A stretch of 64,000 nt of DNA from Fidelibacterota bacterium (GCA_965212055.1 OZ243041.1:704001-768000); one strand, 5' to 3'. Counted from the stretch's first letter, positions 49,454 to 60,496 are shown. A program made the numbers and translations. The notes: generated by a model not told the origin, from the sequence alone.

Positions 49454-51422
49454 GGTCTCTCCTTGAAGATGGCCAAAACGCAAATAAAGCTCCAAATATT
49501 ATTACGATACCTCCAATCCATACCCAGTTAACAAGAGGATTAATCATGATCTTGAAATATGCTTCATTTTTCTTAGGATCATAAGATGAAAATACAGAAT
49601 ATATATCCTTGTTCAGTGTACTATGTATATCAAGTTCGCTATGAGGCTGACGCTTATCAGGATCTGGATTCCGATGAAAATAAATTCTTTTTTCAGGATG
49701 CAAAGTTGTTATATAATCACCCTCGTTATTCCATACCTCCATATCACTAATAAATGCAAAATGATTATCTCTTTCTTCGCTTGTAACATTATTTAGTATA
49801 AATTTATAATCTGTAAGAGATGTCGAGCCACCTGGTCTCAATACAAATTCTTTTTCTACTTCGAATGCTCTTCCAACAAATCCAACAAACAACAATGTTA
49901 TACCAATATGAACTATGTATCCTCCGTTTTTATGACGATTTTTGGATAAAAGCTGTAGAATGGTCTTGGAAAGCGAGTTATTGTTGTTATATGAACTTCT
50001 AAATGATTTTTGCAGTTCTCCTATAATTGATGTCAAGGTAAATACAATCCCCATGGATGTAATAAACGGATAAATTTTAAATTCATCGGTAAAAATCATA
50101 TAAAATAATCCTGAAATAAAACTTAGAATCATTGGAATACTAAAATTCGAAATTAATGTAGAACTAGACGTATTCTTCCAAGATAATAGAGGTCCAATTC
50201 CCATTAAAAATAAAAGTACAATTCCTATAGGTACATTTAACTGATTAAAATAATTTGCACCTATATGAATCTTATTTCCATCCCAAGCTTCTGATATAAT
50301 GGGAAACAAAGTACCCCACAAGATAATAAAACACATAATCAATAAAATTAGATTATTATATAAAAATCCTCCTTCTCTTGATGTAAAAGATTCAATTTTA
50401 TCTCTTGATTGTAATGAGTGATATCGTTTGAAAAACCAAAAGCCTGTCAACAATATTAATAGTAATAGAAAAGTGAAAAACAAAGGGCCCAATGATTCAG
50501 CAGTAAAGGAGTGGACCGATGAAATAATTCCACTTCTAGTAATAAATGTTCCAAGAATCACAAATAAATATGTTGAAGATGCTAAAAGAACATTCCATGT
50601 TTTTAACATACCTCTTTTTTCTTGTATAATTGATGAATGAATGAATGCAGTCAACATAAGCCAAGGCATTAAAGAAGAATTTTCTACAGGATCCCAAGCC
50701 CAATAGCCACCCCATCCAAGTTCATTATATGCCCAATAGCCACCTAAGATGATTCCAGCTGACAAAAATGTCCAAATGATAAGTGCCCATAATCTTATAG
50801 AACTAATCCATTTATGATTTATTTGATTTGCAATCAGGGCAGACAACGTCATCACAAAAATAATGCTCGTACCAACAAAACCTAGATAAAGAATTGGTGG
50901 ATGTATTGCCATTGTTACATTTTGTAACAAAGGATTTAGACCATTCCCATTCTGAACAATAATATCTAAGGAAACCGGTTCAAAAGGATTTGCTATAAAA
51001 TTCGATAAAGCAAGAAAAAAACCAAAGATGAAAGCAAGAATTAAATATGAAGCATATTTTAGTTCTTTGATTCTCTTCAAGGTAGATAGGATATAGATTA
51101 ATGAATATATTGACATAATAAACGACCAAAAAAGTAGCGAACCTGCCTGACCTGCCCATAAAGATGTTACTTTAAAGAACATAGGAGTTTCATAACTTGT
51201 ATACTGTGCTACATATTGTAAATTAAAATTACTAATCAATAATTCATTCAAGAGACAAATTGTAGATAAGATTATAGATAAACATGTAGCAATAATAGCA
51301 CGTTCAGATAAATCAATAAAAATCTTATTCTTAGTAAAACGATAATAGAATAAAAAGAAAAAAGTAGATAAAATTAAGCCACTTGCAATATTTAAGGCTA
51401 AACTTCCAATTTGAGATATCAT
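49440..51422 (-). CDS. ccmF: Cytochrome c heme lyase CcmF
   Basis: GLNPLLQ..MAIHPP, WAYNELGWGGYWAWDPVENSSLMPW, SVHSF, NPLVNWVWIGG. Confidence 0.96.
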   Translation of the reverse strand: MISQIGSLALNIASGLILSTFFFLFYYRFTKNKIFIDLSERAIIATCLSIILSTICLLNELLISNFNLQYVAQYTSYETPMFFKVTSLWAGQAGSLLFWSFIMSIYSLIYILSTLKRIKELKYASYLILAFIFGFFLALSNFIANPFEPVSLDIIVQNGNGLNPLLQNVTMAIHPPILYLGFVGTSIIFVMTLSALIANQINHKWISSIRLWALIIWTFLSAGIILGGYWAYNELGWGGYWAWDPVENSSLMPWLMLTAFIHSSIIQEKRGMLKTWNVLLASSTYLFVILGTFITRSGIISSVHSFTAESLGPLFFTFLLLLILLTGFWFFKRYHSLQSRDKIESFTSREGGFLYNNLILLIMCFIILWGTLFPIISEAWDGNKIHIGANYFNQLNVPIGIVLLFLMGIGPLLSWKNTSSSTLISNFSIPMILSFISGLFYMIFTDEFKIYPFITSMGIVFTLTSIIGELQKSFRSSYNNNNSLSKTILQLLSKNRHKNGGYIVHIGITLLFVGFVGRAFEVEKEFVLRPGGSTSLTDYKFILNNVTSEERDNHFAFISDMEVWNNEGDYITTLHPEKRIYFHRNPDPDKRQPHSELDIHSTLNKDIYSVFSSYDPKKNEAYFKIMINPLVNWVWIGGIVIIFGALFAFWPSSRRDHGTV

Positions 51423-51829
51423 TATATAGTATTTGTATTTTTTAAATCGCCTTCATATCTAGAAGCACATTTTGTTTGAAGTTCAGTTGCCATAATTAAG
51501 TTATTATCAAATTTCCCAGCAACTATAACTTCAGCATCATCCTTAAACAAATCTGGTCTTGTTCCGTTATAATATACCTGCAGACTATCTTCTCCTTGAT
51601 ATACATAAAACCATACTTCTAATCTATTAGATTCACTAATATTGATTGAATTTGGTTTGACAAGACCTCCTACTTTAACACTAGAAATTGACTGATTCTC
51701 TAAACTAAGTTCTTTGATTGTATAATAACGAGTGGCAATTTTTTCATCTTCTTTAATATTTGTAAGATATATGGTCCACAAAACAACCAAAGCAAAAATT
51801 AATATTAATGATGTATAAATTTTATTCAT
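51422..51829 (-). CDS. ccmE: Heme chaperone CcmE, CxxxY variant
   Basis: N-terminal TM, VGGLV, Y.G.RPDLFK, TKCASRY. Confidence 0.9.
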   Translation of the reverse strand: MNKIYTSLILIFALVVLWTIYLTNIKEDEKIATRYYTIKELSLENQSISSVKVGGLVKPNSINISESNRLEVWFYVYQGEDSLQVYYNGTRPDLFKDDAEVIVAGKFDNNLIMATELQTKCASRYEGDLKNTNTI

Positions 51830-51832
51830 TTT

Positions 51833-53419
51833 TTAAATACCATATGATTCTTCCCATTCTCCATAGACACTTTTCATTACTTCAACAATTTCTCCCATTG
51901 TTGCTCCTTCTTCAGCAACTGACACTAAATAAGGAACTAAATTTAAATTATTTTCACAAGCATTTCTCAATTTTTTCATTTTTATATCTAAGTTTTTTGG
52001 ATTACGATTCTTTTTTAGTATTTCAATCTTCTTTTCTTGGATTTTCTGAGCTTTTTTAGAAATCTTTAGAATTTCAATATCAAGTTCTTCATCCTCTTCA
52101 ATAAAATCATTTACCCCAACAATAATTCTATCTTTTGTATCTATTGATTCTTGATATATTGATGCAGAATCAGCAATTTCTTTTTGAAAGTATCCCTCTT
52201 CAATAGCATTAATTGTCCCACCTAATTTTTCTATAATATTAAAATATTTATTTGTTTCTTTTTCGATTCGATTTGTGATATCCTCAATATACCATGACCC
52301 TCCTAAAGGATCAGCTACATTTGCAACTCCTGTTTCATATGCAAGAACCTGTTGAGTTCTTAATGCAATCTTAGCCGCTTTCTCAGAAGGAAGAGCTAAT
52401 GTTTCGTCCAAAGAATTTGTATGCAATGAATTTGTACCACCCAATACAGCAGCCATTGCTTCATACGCAGTTCTTACAATATTATTTTCAGGCTGCTGTG
52501 CTGTTAAAGAACAGCCTGCAGTTTGAGTATGAAATTTTAATTTTAATGAATTTTCATTCTTTGCCTTATATTGGCTTTTCAATCTGTCTGCCCAAATTCT
52601 TCTAGCAGCTCTATATTTTCCAATTTCTTCGAAAAAATCAATATGGGAATTAAAAAAGAAAGATAATCGATGTGCAAAATCGTCAATTTTTAAACCTCTT
52701 TTTAAACATTCGTCTATATAAGTAAATCCATTATTCAGAGTAAATGCTAATTCCTGTGCAGCAGTTGAACCGGCTTCTCTAATATGATAACCGCTAATTG
52801 ATACTGGATTATACAAAGGCATATTTTTAGAACAAAATTCAATTACATCTACCACCAATTTTACAGATGGAGATGGAGGAAAGATCCATTCTTTTTGAGC
52901 AATATACTCTTTTAAAGCATCGTTCTGTAAAGTTCCTCTTAATTTGCTAATATCTATCTTATTTTTCTTTGCCAATGCAACATAGAAAGCAAATAAAATA
53001 ATTGCAGGACCATTAATTGTCTGTGATATAGAAATCTTCTCCAAATCAATATCTTTAAATAATGTTTCCATATCCTCAAGAGAAGAAACGTTGACACCAC
53101 AAACACCAACTTCACCTACCGATAGCTCATGATCAGGATCATATCCCATTAATGTTGGCATATCATATGCAACAGAAAGTCCAGTTTGTCCTTTCTTCAA
53201 TAAATATTTATATCTCTCATTGGTTTCTTCAGGTGTACTAAATCCAGAAAATTGTCTCATTGTCCATAATTTTCCTCTATACATACTGCTATGAATCCCA
53301 CGAGTATATGGAAATTCTCCAGGATTAATATCATTATCTTTAGAACTATAATATTCTTTTAGTTTATTACCACTAATAGTATCAAAATTATATTTTCTTG
53401 TAATTTTTTTTCTACTCAT
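51833..53419 (-). CDS. AdoCbl-dependent acyl-CoA mutase large (substrate-binding) subunit, isobutyryl-CoA mutase-like
   Basis: PGEFPYTRG, WTMRQFSGF, GTLQND.LKEYIAQ, SISGYHIREAG, HTQTAG, LHTNSLDE; no DxHxxG B12 domain. Confidence 0.9.
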   Translation of the reverse strand: MSRKKITRKYNFDTISGNKLKEYYSSKDNDINPGEFPYTRGIHSSMYRGKLWTMRQFSGFSTPEETNERYKYLLKKGQTGLSVAYDMPTLMGYDPDHELSVGEVGVCGVNVSSLEDMETLFKDIDLEKISISQTINGPAIILFAFYVALAKKNKIDISKLRGTLQNDALKEYIAQKEWIFPPSPSVKLVVDVIEFCSKNMPLYNPVSISGYHIREAGSTAAQELAFTLNNGFTYIDECLKRGLKIDDFAHRLSFFFNSHIDFFEEIGKYRAARRIWADRLKSQYKAKNENSLKLKFHTQTAGCSLTAQQPENNIVRTAYEAMAAVLGGTNSLHTNSLDETLALPSEKAAKIALRTQQVLAYETGVANVADPLGGSWYIEDITNRIEKETNKYFNIIEKLGGTINAIEEGYFQKEIADSASIYQESIDTKDRIIVGVNDFIEEDEELDIEILKISKKAQKIQEKKIEILKKNRNPKNLDIKMKKLRNACENNLNLVPYLVSVAEEGATMGEIVEVMKSVYGEWEESYGI

Positions 53420-53421
53420 AA

Positions 53422-55296
53422 CTAACTATTGATAAAATTTAAAACTTTTTCAGTTAAAGACTCATAATCTAAACCAACTTCTTCAAGTAAAACTTTTCTT
53501 GGACCGTGATCAACAAAATTATTCGGTAAACCAATATTTAATAAATCATTTTTGGCGTTATTATCAGATAACCATGCAGCAATCCCTTCTCCAAAACCGC
53601 CATTTATTACTCCTTCTTCAAGCGTAATAATTTTAGAAAAATTTCTAAGAGAATCGTTTAAATAATGTTTATCCATAGGTTTTATAAACCTACAATTTAC
53701 AACTTCGCAACTCATGTTATTATTTTCTAGTTTTTTTGCAATATCGATGGCTTTATTAACCATAGATCCAACAGCTAGGATTACTACATTATTTCCACGA
53801 TTCAATACTTCCCAGCTACCAATTTTAAGAACTTCCCCAGAAATCCCTTCATCAAATGCAATGGAAGACTCTTTTGGATATCTTATACTAAATGGACCAG
53901 TTTTATTATCAATAGCAGTATATAATAAATTCCTTAATTCATTTCCATCTTTAGGAGCAGTAACTGTCATTCCTTGAATACAGCGCATATATGATATATC
54001 TAATGCTCCGTGATGAGTAGCACCATCTTCTCCTGCTATACCAGATCGATCTAAACAAAAAATTACTGGCAATTTTTGGATTGCTATATCATGTATGATC
54101 TGATCATAAGCACGTTGAAGAAAAGTGGAATATATTGCAACAATAGGTATTTTTTTAGCTGTTGAGAGACCAGCAGCAAATGTAGTTGCATGAGCTTCTG
54201 CAATACCCACATCAAAAAATCTATCTGGAAATTTTTCTGAAAAATCTACTAAACCAGTCCCTTCCTTCATAGCAGCAGTAATACAAACTATATCTTTATT
54301 TTCTTCTGCAAGATTACAACACAAAGATCCAAAAACATTCTGAAAAATTGGTGGTGAACTTATTGCCGATTTATTTTTATTTCCATCCTGTGCTTTTACT
54401 CCATGATATTTAACTGGATCATTTTCTGCAATCTCTAATCCTTTCCCCTTCTTTGTAATAATATGTAAAACAACAGGACCAGGTAAATCTTTAATATTTT
54501 CTAATGTATTGATAAGCTCATTGAGATTATGTCCATCAATGGGACCAAAATATCTAAAACCTAGATCTTCAAAAATTGTAATAGGAAATACGAAATTTTT
54601 AATGCTTAATTCAACTCTTCTTACAAAAGTGCCAATAAAATTTAATTGTTTTGGGAGACTACCTAAAATTTTTCCAACCTTGTTTCTTGCATAATTATAA
54701 ACTCTATTTGTAGAAATCTTTCTAAGGTAATTCCTTATAGCTCCTACATTAGGACTAATTGACATTTCATTGTCATTCAAAATAACTAATAATTGTTTCT
54801 TTAAACTTCCAGCATTATTAATTGCTTCATATGACAAACCTCCTGTTAATGCGCCATCACCAATAATGCTAATAACTTTAAAATTTTGGTTATTTAAATC
54901 TCTTGCAGATGCGATTCCTAATGCAGCAGAAATTGATGTTGAAGCATGTCCTGCACCAAAAACATCGTATTTACTTTCACTTTGCTTCAAAAATGGATTT
55001 AAGCCTTTATATTTTCTAATAGTATTGAGAGATTCAAATCTTCCTGTAAGTACTTTGTGGGCATATGCTTGATGTCCAGTATCCCAAACAATTTTATCAT
55101 CAGGTGCATTATAAAGATAATGAAGTGCCGTAGTAAGTTCAACAACCCCTAATGTTGATGCTAAATGTCCACCAATTTCACTTACAGTTGAAATAACATA
55201 TTCTCTTAATTCACTAGAAATAGCTTCTAATTCCTTTTTTGAGTAATTCTTTAAATCTTTTGGAGACTTAATATAGGGTAAATATTTTAGATCCAT
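53422..55296 (-). CDS. dxs: 1-deoxy-D-xylulose-5-phosphate synthase
   Basis: GGHLAS.LG, WDTGHQAYAHK, IGDGALTGG, DVGIAE, YSTFLQRAYDQ. Confidence 0.97.
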   Translation of the reverse strand: MDLKYLPYIKSPKDLKNYSKKELEAISSELREYVISTVSEIGGHLASTLGVVELTTALHYLYNAPDDKIVWDTGHQAYAHKVLTGRFESLNTIRKYKGLNPFLKQSESKYDVFGAGHASTSISAALGIASARDLNNQNFKVISIIGDGALTGGLSYEAINNAGSLKKQLLVILNDNEMSISPNVGAIRNYLRKISTNRVYNYARNKVGKILGSLPKQLNFIGTFVRRVELSIKNFVFPITIFEDLGFRYFGPIDGHNLNELINTLENIKDLPGPVVLHIITKKGKGLEIAENDPVKYHGVKAQDGNKNKSAISSPPIFQNVFGSLCCNLAEENKDIVCITAAMKEGTGLVDFSEKFPDRFFDVGIAEAHATTFAAGLSTAKKIPIVAIYSTFLQRAYDQIIHDIAIQKLPVIFCLDRSGIAGEDGATHHGALDISYMRCIQGMTVTAPKDGNELRNLLYTAIDNKTGPFSIRYPKESSIAFDEGISGEVLKIGSWEVLNRGNNVVILAVGSMVNKAIDIAKKLENNNMSCEVVNCRFIKPMDKHYLNDSLRNFSKIITLEEGVINGGFGEGIAAWLSDNNAKNDLLNIGLPNNFVDHGPRKVLLEEVGLDYESLTEKVLNFINS

Positions 55297-55860
55297 TTAT
55301 CTATCTCCAAAACATAATTGATGTATAAGCGCTTCATTTTGTAGTTCAGGATGAAATGTTGTAGCAAAATGCATTCCTTGTTTAACTGCAACAGGAATAC
55401 CGTCATGATTACAAATTACTTGTACATTTTTTCCCACTTTGGAAATTTTAGGAGCTCTAATAAAAGATGCCATAAAAGAAGTATTTTTTGAATTGTAATC
55501 TAAGTCTAACCTTGTATCAAAAGAATGAACTTGTCTTCCATAAGCATTTCTTTCTGATTCAATATCAATAATACCAAAATTGATCACTTTATCATCAAAA
55601 CTATTTTTTGACATTAAGATTAGTCCAGCACATGTTCCAAGAATAGGATGTTTCTTTGAAAATGATTTAATAGACTTTACAAACCTATCTTCTCTGGCAA
55701 TTAGTTTAGTCATTGTTGTTGATTCTCCACCGGGAATAATTAAACCATCAATATTATCTAAATCTTTAGAAGATTTGACCAATTTTGAATCATAACCAAG
55801 TTTATTTAAGATTTGGATATGAGAGGAAAAATTTCCTTGAAGCGCAAGGATTCCAATCAT
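55297..55860 (-). CDS. pdxT: PLP synthase glutaminase subunit
   Basis: GILALQG, PGGESTT, GTCAGLI, RNAYGRQ, FIRAP, FHPEL. Confidence 0.96.
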   Translation of the reverse strand: MIGILALQGNFSSHIQILNKLGYDSKLVKSSKDLDNIDGLIIPGGESTTMTKLIAREDRFVKSIKSFSKKHPILGTCAGLILMSKNSFDDKVINFGIIDIESERNAYGRQVHSFDTRLDLDYNSKNTSFMASFIRAPKISKVGKNVQVICNHDGIPVAVKQGMHFATTFHPELQNEALIHQLCFGDR

Positions 55861-55862
55861 TC

Positions 55863-56735
55863 TTAATCTCCTCTTTTTTGCAATAATTGGTCTTCAGGAA
55901 TCTCTGAAATTTCTAAGCCCTTCATTGCATCTTTTAATTTATAAGATGCATTTAAAATCTCCTTGGCATTATCAAAATGAGTGACTGCTTCAACAATAGC
56001 ATATGCTCTTTCTTTTGGATCGTCACTTTTGAAAATTCCTGATCCGACGAAAACTGATTCAGCGCCTAATTGCATCATTAATGAAGTATCAGCAGGGGTT
56101 GCAATTCCACCAGCTGCAAAATTAGGTACAGGAAGTTTTCCATTTTTAGCTACTTCCTCTACAAGCTCTAAAGGAACTCTAAATTCCTTTGCTTTTTCTG
56201 ATAGATTTTGTCCTTTAAGGTTGCTTAATTCTGAAGTAATCATTTTCATATGTCTAACTGCTTCAACAATATTTCCACTACCAGCTTCTCCTTTTGTTCT
56301 GATTAGAGCAGCTCCTTCATCAATTCTGCGTAAAGCTTCACCAAGATTTCTAGCACCACATACAAATGGTGCTTTAAAAGGATGCTTATAAACATGAGCA
56401 TGTTCATCGGCTGGAGTTAATACTTCGCTTTCATCTATAAAATCAATTTCTAGCGCTTCAAGAACTTGAGCTTCAGCAAAATGCCCTATACGACATTTAG
56501 CCATAACTGGAATAGAGACAGCTGCTTGAATATCTTTAATCATTTGAGGATTACTCATCCTTGATACTCCACCGTCAGCACGTATATCGGCAGGTATCCT
56601 TTCTAGAGCCATTACAGAAACAGCACCAGCCTCTTCAGCAATCTTAGCTTGTTCAACGTTGGTTACATCCATTATAACTCCACCTCTCAACATTTCAGCT
56701 AACCCAACTTTAACTTTGAAGGTATTTTTATTCAT
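55863..56735 (-). CDS. pdxS: PLP synthase lyase subunit
   Basis: [46 protein letters not shown]. Confidence 0.97.
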   Translation of the reverse strand: MNKNTFKVKVGLAEMLRGGVIMDVTNVEQAKIAEEAGAVSVMALERIPADIRADGGVSRMSNPQMIKDIQAAVSIPVMAKCRIGHFAEAQVLEALEIDFIDESEVLTPADEHAHVYKHPFKAPFVCGARNLGEALRRIDEGAALIRTKGEAGSGNIVEAVRHMKMITSELSNLKGQNLSEKAKEFRVPLELVEEVAKNGKLPVPNFAAGGIATPADTSLMMQLGAESVFVGSGIFKSDDPKERAYAIVEAVTHFDNAKEILNASYKLKDAMKGLEISEIPEDQLLQKRGD

Positions 56736-57594
56736 AAATTGTTTCCTTATCAGTGGTATTAGTGACATCTTTCACTTTCTTCACAACGGAGTCGATTATC
56801 CAATCTGGTGTCGAAGCACCAGCAGAAATACCTACAGAATTTATATTTTTTTTGAACCAAGATACATCAATTTCTGTTGCATTAGTTACTTGATATGTAT
56901 TTTTATTCCTTTCAAGACTTAATTGTGTTAACCTTTTAGAATTGGCACTGGTAAATGAACCAATAATAATCATCAAGTCAACTATTTCTGATAATTCTTT
57001 AATTTGCTCTTGATTACGTTTTGTAGGAAAACAAATCGTATTGACAAAACGTAAATCAAATACTTTGGTCATGAGAATATTGATGATATCTTGAACATTT
57101 TCAATCGTTTGAGTAGACTGACTGACAATTCCAGCTTTTTTTGTTTTCTTGAGTTTTTCTGCTTCTTCAACAGTAGATATAATAATTGCATCTTGAACTT
57201 GACTTGCAATTCCAATTACTTCGTCATGTCCGTGATCACCAATTATAATAATTTTTCTACCTTCTTTATCAAGCTGTTTAACTTCCTTATGTATTTCATG
57301 TACTAATGGACATGTTGCATCAATAATATTCATTTTGTTCTTTTCTGCATCTTTCCATACTTCTTTCGCAGTACCATGGGCTCTAAAAAGTACAGGTTTA
57401 TCATCTGGAACTTGATTCAAATTTGAGACAACTTTAACACCATTTTTTTCTAGATCTTCTACTACACTTTCATTATGTACTATATCCCCGAGCATATAGA
57501 CTTCTCCATATTCTTTGCTCGTGTCGTATGCACTATTTACAGCATCCCGAACACCGAAACAGTATCCTGCATCTTTAGCTAATATTATTTTCAT
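56728..57594 (-). CDS. ispH: 4-hydroxy-3-methylbut-2-enyl diphosphate reductase
   Basis: [42 protein letters not shown]. Confidence 0.96.
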   Translation of the reverse strand: MKIILAKDAGYCFGVRDAVNSAYDTSKEYGEVYMLGDIVHNESVVEDLEKNGVKVVSNLNQVPDDKPVLFRAHGTAKEVWKDAEKNKMNIIDATCPLVHEIHKEVKQLDKEGRKIIIIGDHGHDEVIGIASQVQDAIIISTVEEAEKLKKTKKAGIVSQSTQTIENVQDIINILMTKVFDLRFVNTICFPTKRNQEQIKELSEIVDLMIIIGSFTSANSKRLTQLSLERNKNTYQVTNATEIDVSWFKKNINSVGISAGASTPDWIIDSVVKKVKDVTNTTDKETIYE

Positions 57595-58582
57595 TGTGAT
57601 TATTGATATATCGCGCTAATAGATCCAAAACTTTTGATTTAACATCAGAAAAATTTCCATCTACCAATGCTGCGGCTGCAAAAGGATGTCCACCTCCACC
57701 CATTTTCTTTGCAACTTCGTTAACTTTATATTTACCTTTTGATCGAAAACTTAATCTTACTTTACCCTTTAAGTCATAAAGCATTAAAGCAATTTCGACT
57801 CCTTTAACTCCTCTGAAAAAATCACTAAATCCATCAAAATCTTGGTTTGTACCATTTACTTCCTTGACCATATCATTGTTCAATAAAAACCATACTAATT
57901 CGCCATTACAATCAAAGTTTAATTTCTGAATAACATTACCAAGAAGCTTAATTCTACTAACGGAAGAATTTTCATAAATATTTTGATAGATTTCTGAAAT
58001 ATTAATACCCATTTTTATAGCATCTACTGCAATTTCATGACTCAGTTGAGTTGTATTGCTAAACCTAAATGAACCAGTGTCGGTTAAAACAGCGGTGTAA
58101 ATCCCAAACATAATTTCTTTATTGATAATATCTTTATCTATGTTAGAAAAATATGAATAAAGAATCTCCCCAACAGATGAAGCATTCAAATTAACGAAAC
58201 TATGGGTAAAGAAATCATTTTCAGTTAATGGGTGATGATCAATATTGATTGTTTCAATTTTAGTATTTTCAATAATATTGGCAACTTTTCCCAAACGATA
58301 GAAATCACCAATATCCAATATAATTCCTAAATCAGCGCTTTTAATAAAAGCGGTATTATCATCATTAACTTGTTCAAAAATATTGTTATTATTCAAAAAA
58401 CTATACACTTGAGGAACATCAGAATCGTTAATAATTCTACAATCTTTCCCTAATTGTTTTAGATAGCTGTACATAGAAAAAGCAGATCCCAAACTATCAC
58501 CATCAGGGTTAATGTGTGTGGAAATAAAAATTCTTTTCTTTTCAGATATGATATGTTCGATTTTCTTGTAATCTATTTCCAT
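57575..58582 (-). CDS. nrnA: DHH/DHHA1 phosphoesterase (NrnA-like)
   Basis: HINPDGD, IDHH, TDTGSF, SFRS, GGGH..AA. Confidence 0.88.
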   Translation of the reverse strand: MEIDYKKIEHIISEKKRIFISTHINPDGDSLGSAFSMYSYLKQLGKDCRIINDSDVPQVYSFLNNNNIFEQVNDDNTAFIKSADLGIILDIGDFYRLGKVANIIENTKIETINIDHHPLTENDFFTHSFVNLNASSVGEILYSYFSNIDKDIINKEIMFGIYTAVLTDTGSFRFSNTTQLSHEIAVDAIKMGINISEIYQNIYENSSVSRIKLLGNVIQKLNFDCNGELVWFLLNNDMVKEVNGTNQDFDGFSDFFRGVKGVEIALMLYDLKGKVRLSFRSKGKYKVNEVAKKMGGGGHPFAAAALVDGNFSDVKSKVLDLLARYINNHNENNIS

Positions 58583-59122
58583 TTATTTTTTCCACATATT
58601 TTCATCAATATGATTGTTTTTGTTATAAAACCGAGATAAAACAAATAAATAATCTGATAATCGGTTTAAATATTTAACAATATTGTTATTATTTAAATCT
58701 TTGATATATAAATCAACAATGCTTCTTTCTGATCTTCTAGCAATAGCTCTAGCTAGATGCAAATTTGAAGAAAAGGAGTCTCCACCCGGAAGGATAAATT
58801 CTTCTAATGATTCAAGTGATTCATTTAATTCTTCAATCCTATTATCCAACAATAATAAAGAGTCATCTTTTAGAAGGATTTTATTCGAATCATTTAATGA
58901 AATTTGTCCTCCGATATTAAATAAATCATTCTGAATATTTTTTATTTCGTTGATAATACTTTCATCATTACAAAAAGAAATACAAACCCCTAAAACACTA
59001 TTTAGTTCATCTACATCACCGATGGCATTGATAATAAGTTCGTTTTTGTATACAGAATCACCTTTTGCAAGCTTTGTCTTACCTTGATCTCCATTTCGAG
59101 TTGTAACCTTGGTAACACGCAT
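58583..59122 (-). CDS. PduO-type cob(I)alamin adenosyltransferase
   Basis: T..GDQGKT, GDVDELNS, IQNDLF, FILPGG, ARRSER, YLNRLSDYLF. Confidence 0.93.
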   Translation of the reverse strand: MRVTKVTTRNGDQGKTKLAKGDSVYKNELIINAIGDVDELNSVLGVCISFCNDESIINEIKNIQNDLFNIGGQISLNDSNKILLKDDSLLLLDNRIEELNESLESLEEFILPGGDSFSSNLHLARAIARRSERSIVDLYIKDLNNNNIVKYLNRLSDYLFVLSRFYNKNNHIDENMWKK

Positions 59123-59131
59123 TGTTAAACC

Positions 59132-60496
59132 TTAAATAATTCCCCAGATTAATAAGTGGACTATGATACTTGCTATATATCCTAAAAAGATTGCAGGAGC
59201 CCATTTTAGGTGACTATAGAAAGTATATACACCCCTTGCTTGGCCCATTAAAGCAACACCTGGAGCGGAACCAATCGACAGCAAACTTCCACCAACACCT
59301 GTTGTAAGAGTTATTAATAACCATTGTGATAATACCATACTTTCTGTTGTATGCATTTGTAATACAGAGAACATAACAGGAATATTATCAATGAGCGCTG
59401 AAAGAATACCCATTATAGAATTGGCTATAGAAAAACCAATTAGTTGATCTGGAGATGATGGATATATTGTATTAGATAGTAATTCTAAATATCCAATATA
59501 TGATAATCCAGAAACGCACATAATTACTCCATAGAAAAACAATAGTGTATCCCATTCTGCTTGAGCTATTTGTTTAAATACACCAAATGGTTGATCTTCC
59601 CCTTCTCTACTTATTACTGTTGAACGGCTATATGTTCGCTTTAAATAATATGCAAAAAGTTGTAAGAGACTTAATCCAGTCATCATTCCAAAGACAGGTG
59701 GTATATGAAGAAAATTTTCAAATGTAACTGCTAGGAATATTGTGACAAGGAAAAGCAATACGATACTTTTTGCACCACGTTTTAACTGAACCGGAGTATT
59801 TTTAACATTTTCAGAAGAACCACTAACAAATAAACTCATTATAAACGCTGGAATTATATAATTAATCAGAGATGGTAAAAAAAGTGAGAAAAATTCGGTA
59901 AACTCTACCATACCTCCCTGCCAAACCATTAGTGTTGTAATATCTCCAAATGGACTAAATGCTCCACCTGCATTTGCCGCAACTACTATATTCACACAAC
60001 TAATACTAACAAATTTTTTATTACCTACCCCAACAGCCATTACAACGGCACACATTGTTAATGCAGCCGTCAAATTATCTGCTATTGGAGAAAGAAAAAA
60101 TGTAATAAAACCAGTAATCCAAAATAGCTTTTTATAAGAATAGTTTTGTGCAAGCAATTTAGATCTTAATTTTTCGAATACATTTCTTTCGGTCATTGAA
60201 TTGATGAAGGTCATTGCAACAAGCAAAAAAAGCATTAATTGAGAAAATTCAGAAAATGCGTGCATCATAGCTTCTTTAACAGTCACATAATCAACGACTT
60301 CACCGTTTATAATCACTGGCTTAGAATAATCATATGCAACTCCATACCATGCTACCATTGCCCATATTATTCCTGCAGCAAATAGAACTGGTTTTGATTT
60401 TCTCAGATGGGTAACCTCCTCAGTTACCACAAAACCATATGCTATAACAAAAATAAGCAAACTTATGATAGTAATTGGATGATTCAATAATTCCAT
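59132..60496 (-). CDS. nhaD: NhaD-family Na+/H+ antiporter
   Basis: EE..HLRKSKP, FFLSPIADNLT, ANAGGAFSPFGDITTLMVW, DNIP, GGSLLSIGSAPGV. Confidence 0.9.
   Translation of the reverse strand: MELLNHPITIISLLIFVIAYGFVVTEEVTHLRKSKPVLFAAGIIWAMVAWYGVAYDYSKPVIINGEVVDYVTVKEAMMHAFSEFSQLMLFLLVAMTFINSMTERNVFEKLRSKLLAQNYSYKKLFWITGFITFFLSPIADNLTAALTMCAVVMAVGVGNKKFVSISCVNIVVAANAGGAFSPFGDITTLMVWQGGMVEFTEFFSLFLPSLINYIIPAFIMSLFVSGSSENVKNTPVQLKRGAKSIVLLFLVTIFLAVTFENFLHIPPVFGMMTGLSLLQLFAYYLKRTYSRSTVISREGEDQPFGVFKQIAQAEWDTLLFFYGVIMCVSGLSYIGYLELLSNTIYPSSPDQLIGFSIANSIMGILSALIDNIPVMFSVLQMHTTESMVLSQWLLITLTTGVGGSLLSIGSAPGVALMGQARGVYTFYSHLKWAPAIFLGYIASIIVHLLIWGII

Noticed and set aside
55981..56391. 136-aa plus-strand ORF, and the many other 60-120 aa antisense or alternate-frame ORFs in the track
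   Set aside because: Shadow ORFs lying within well-supported conserved genes, with no recognisable motifs or independent signals
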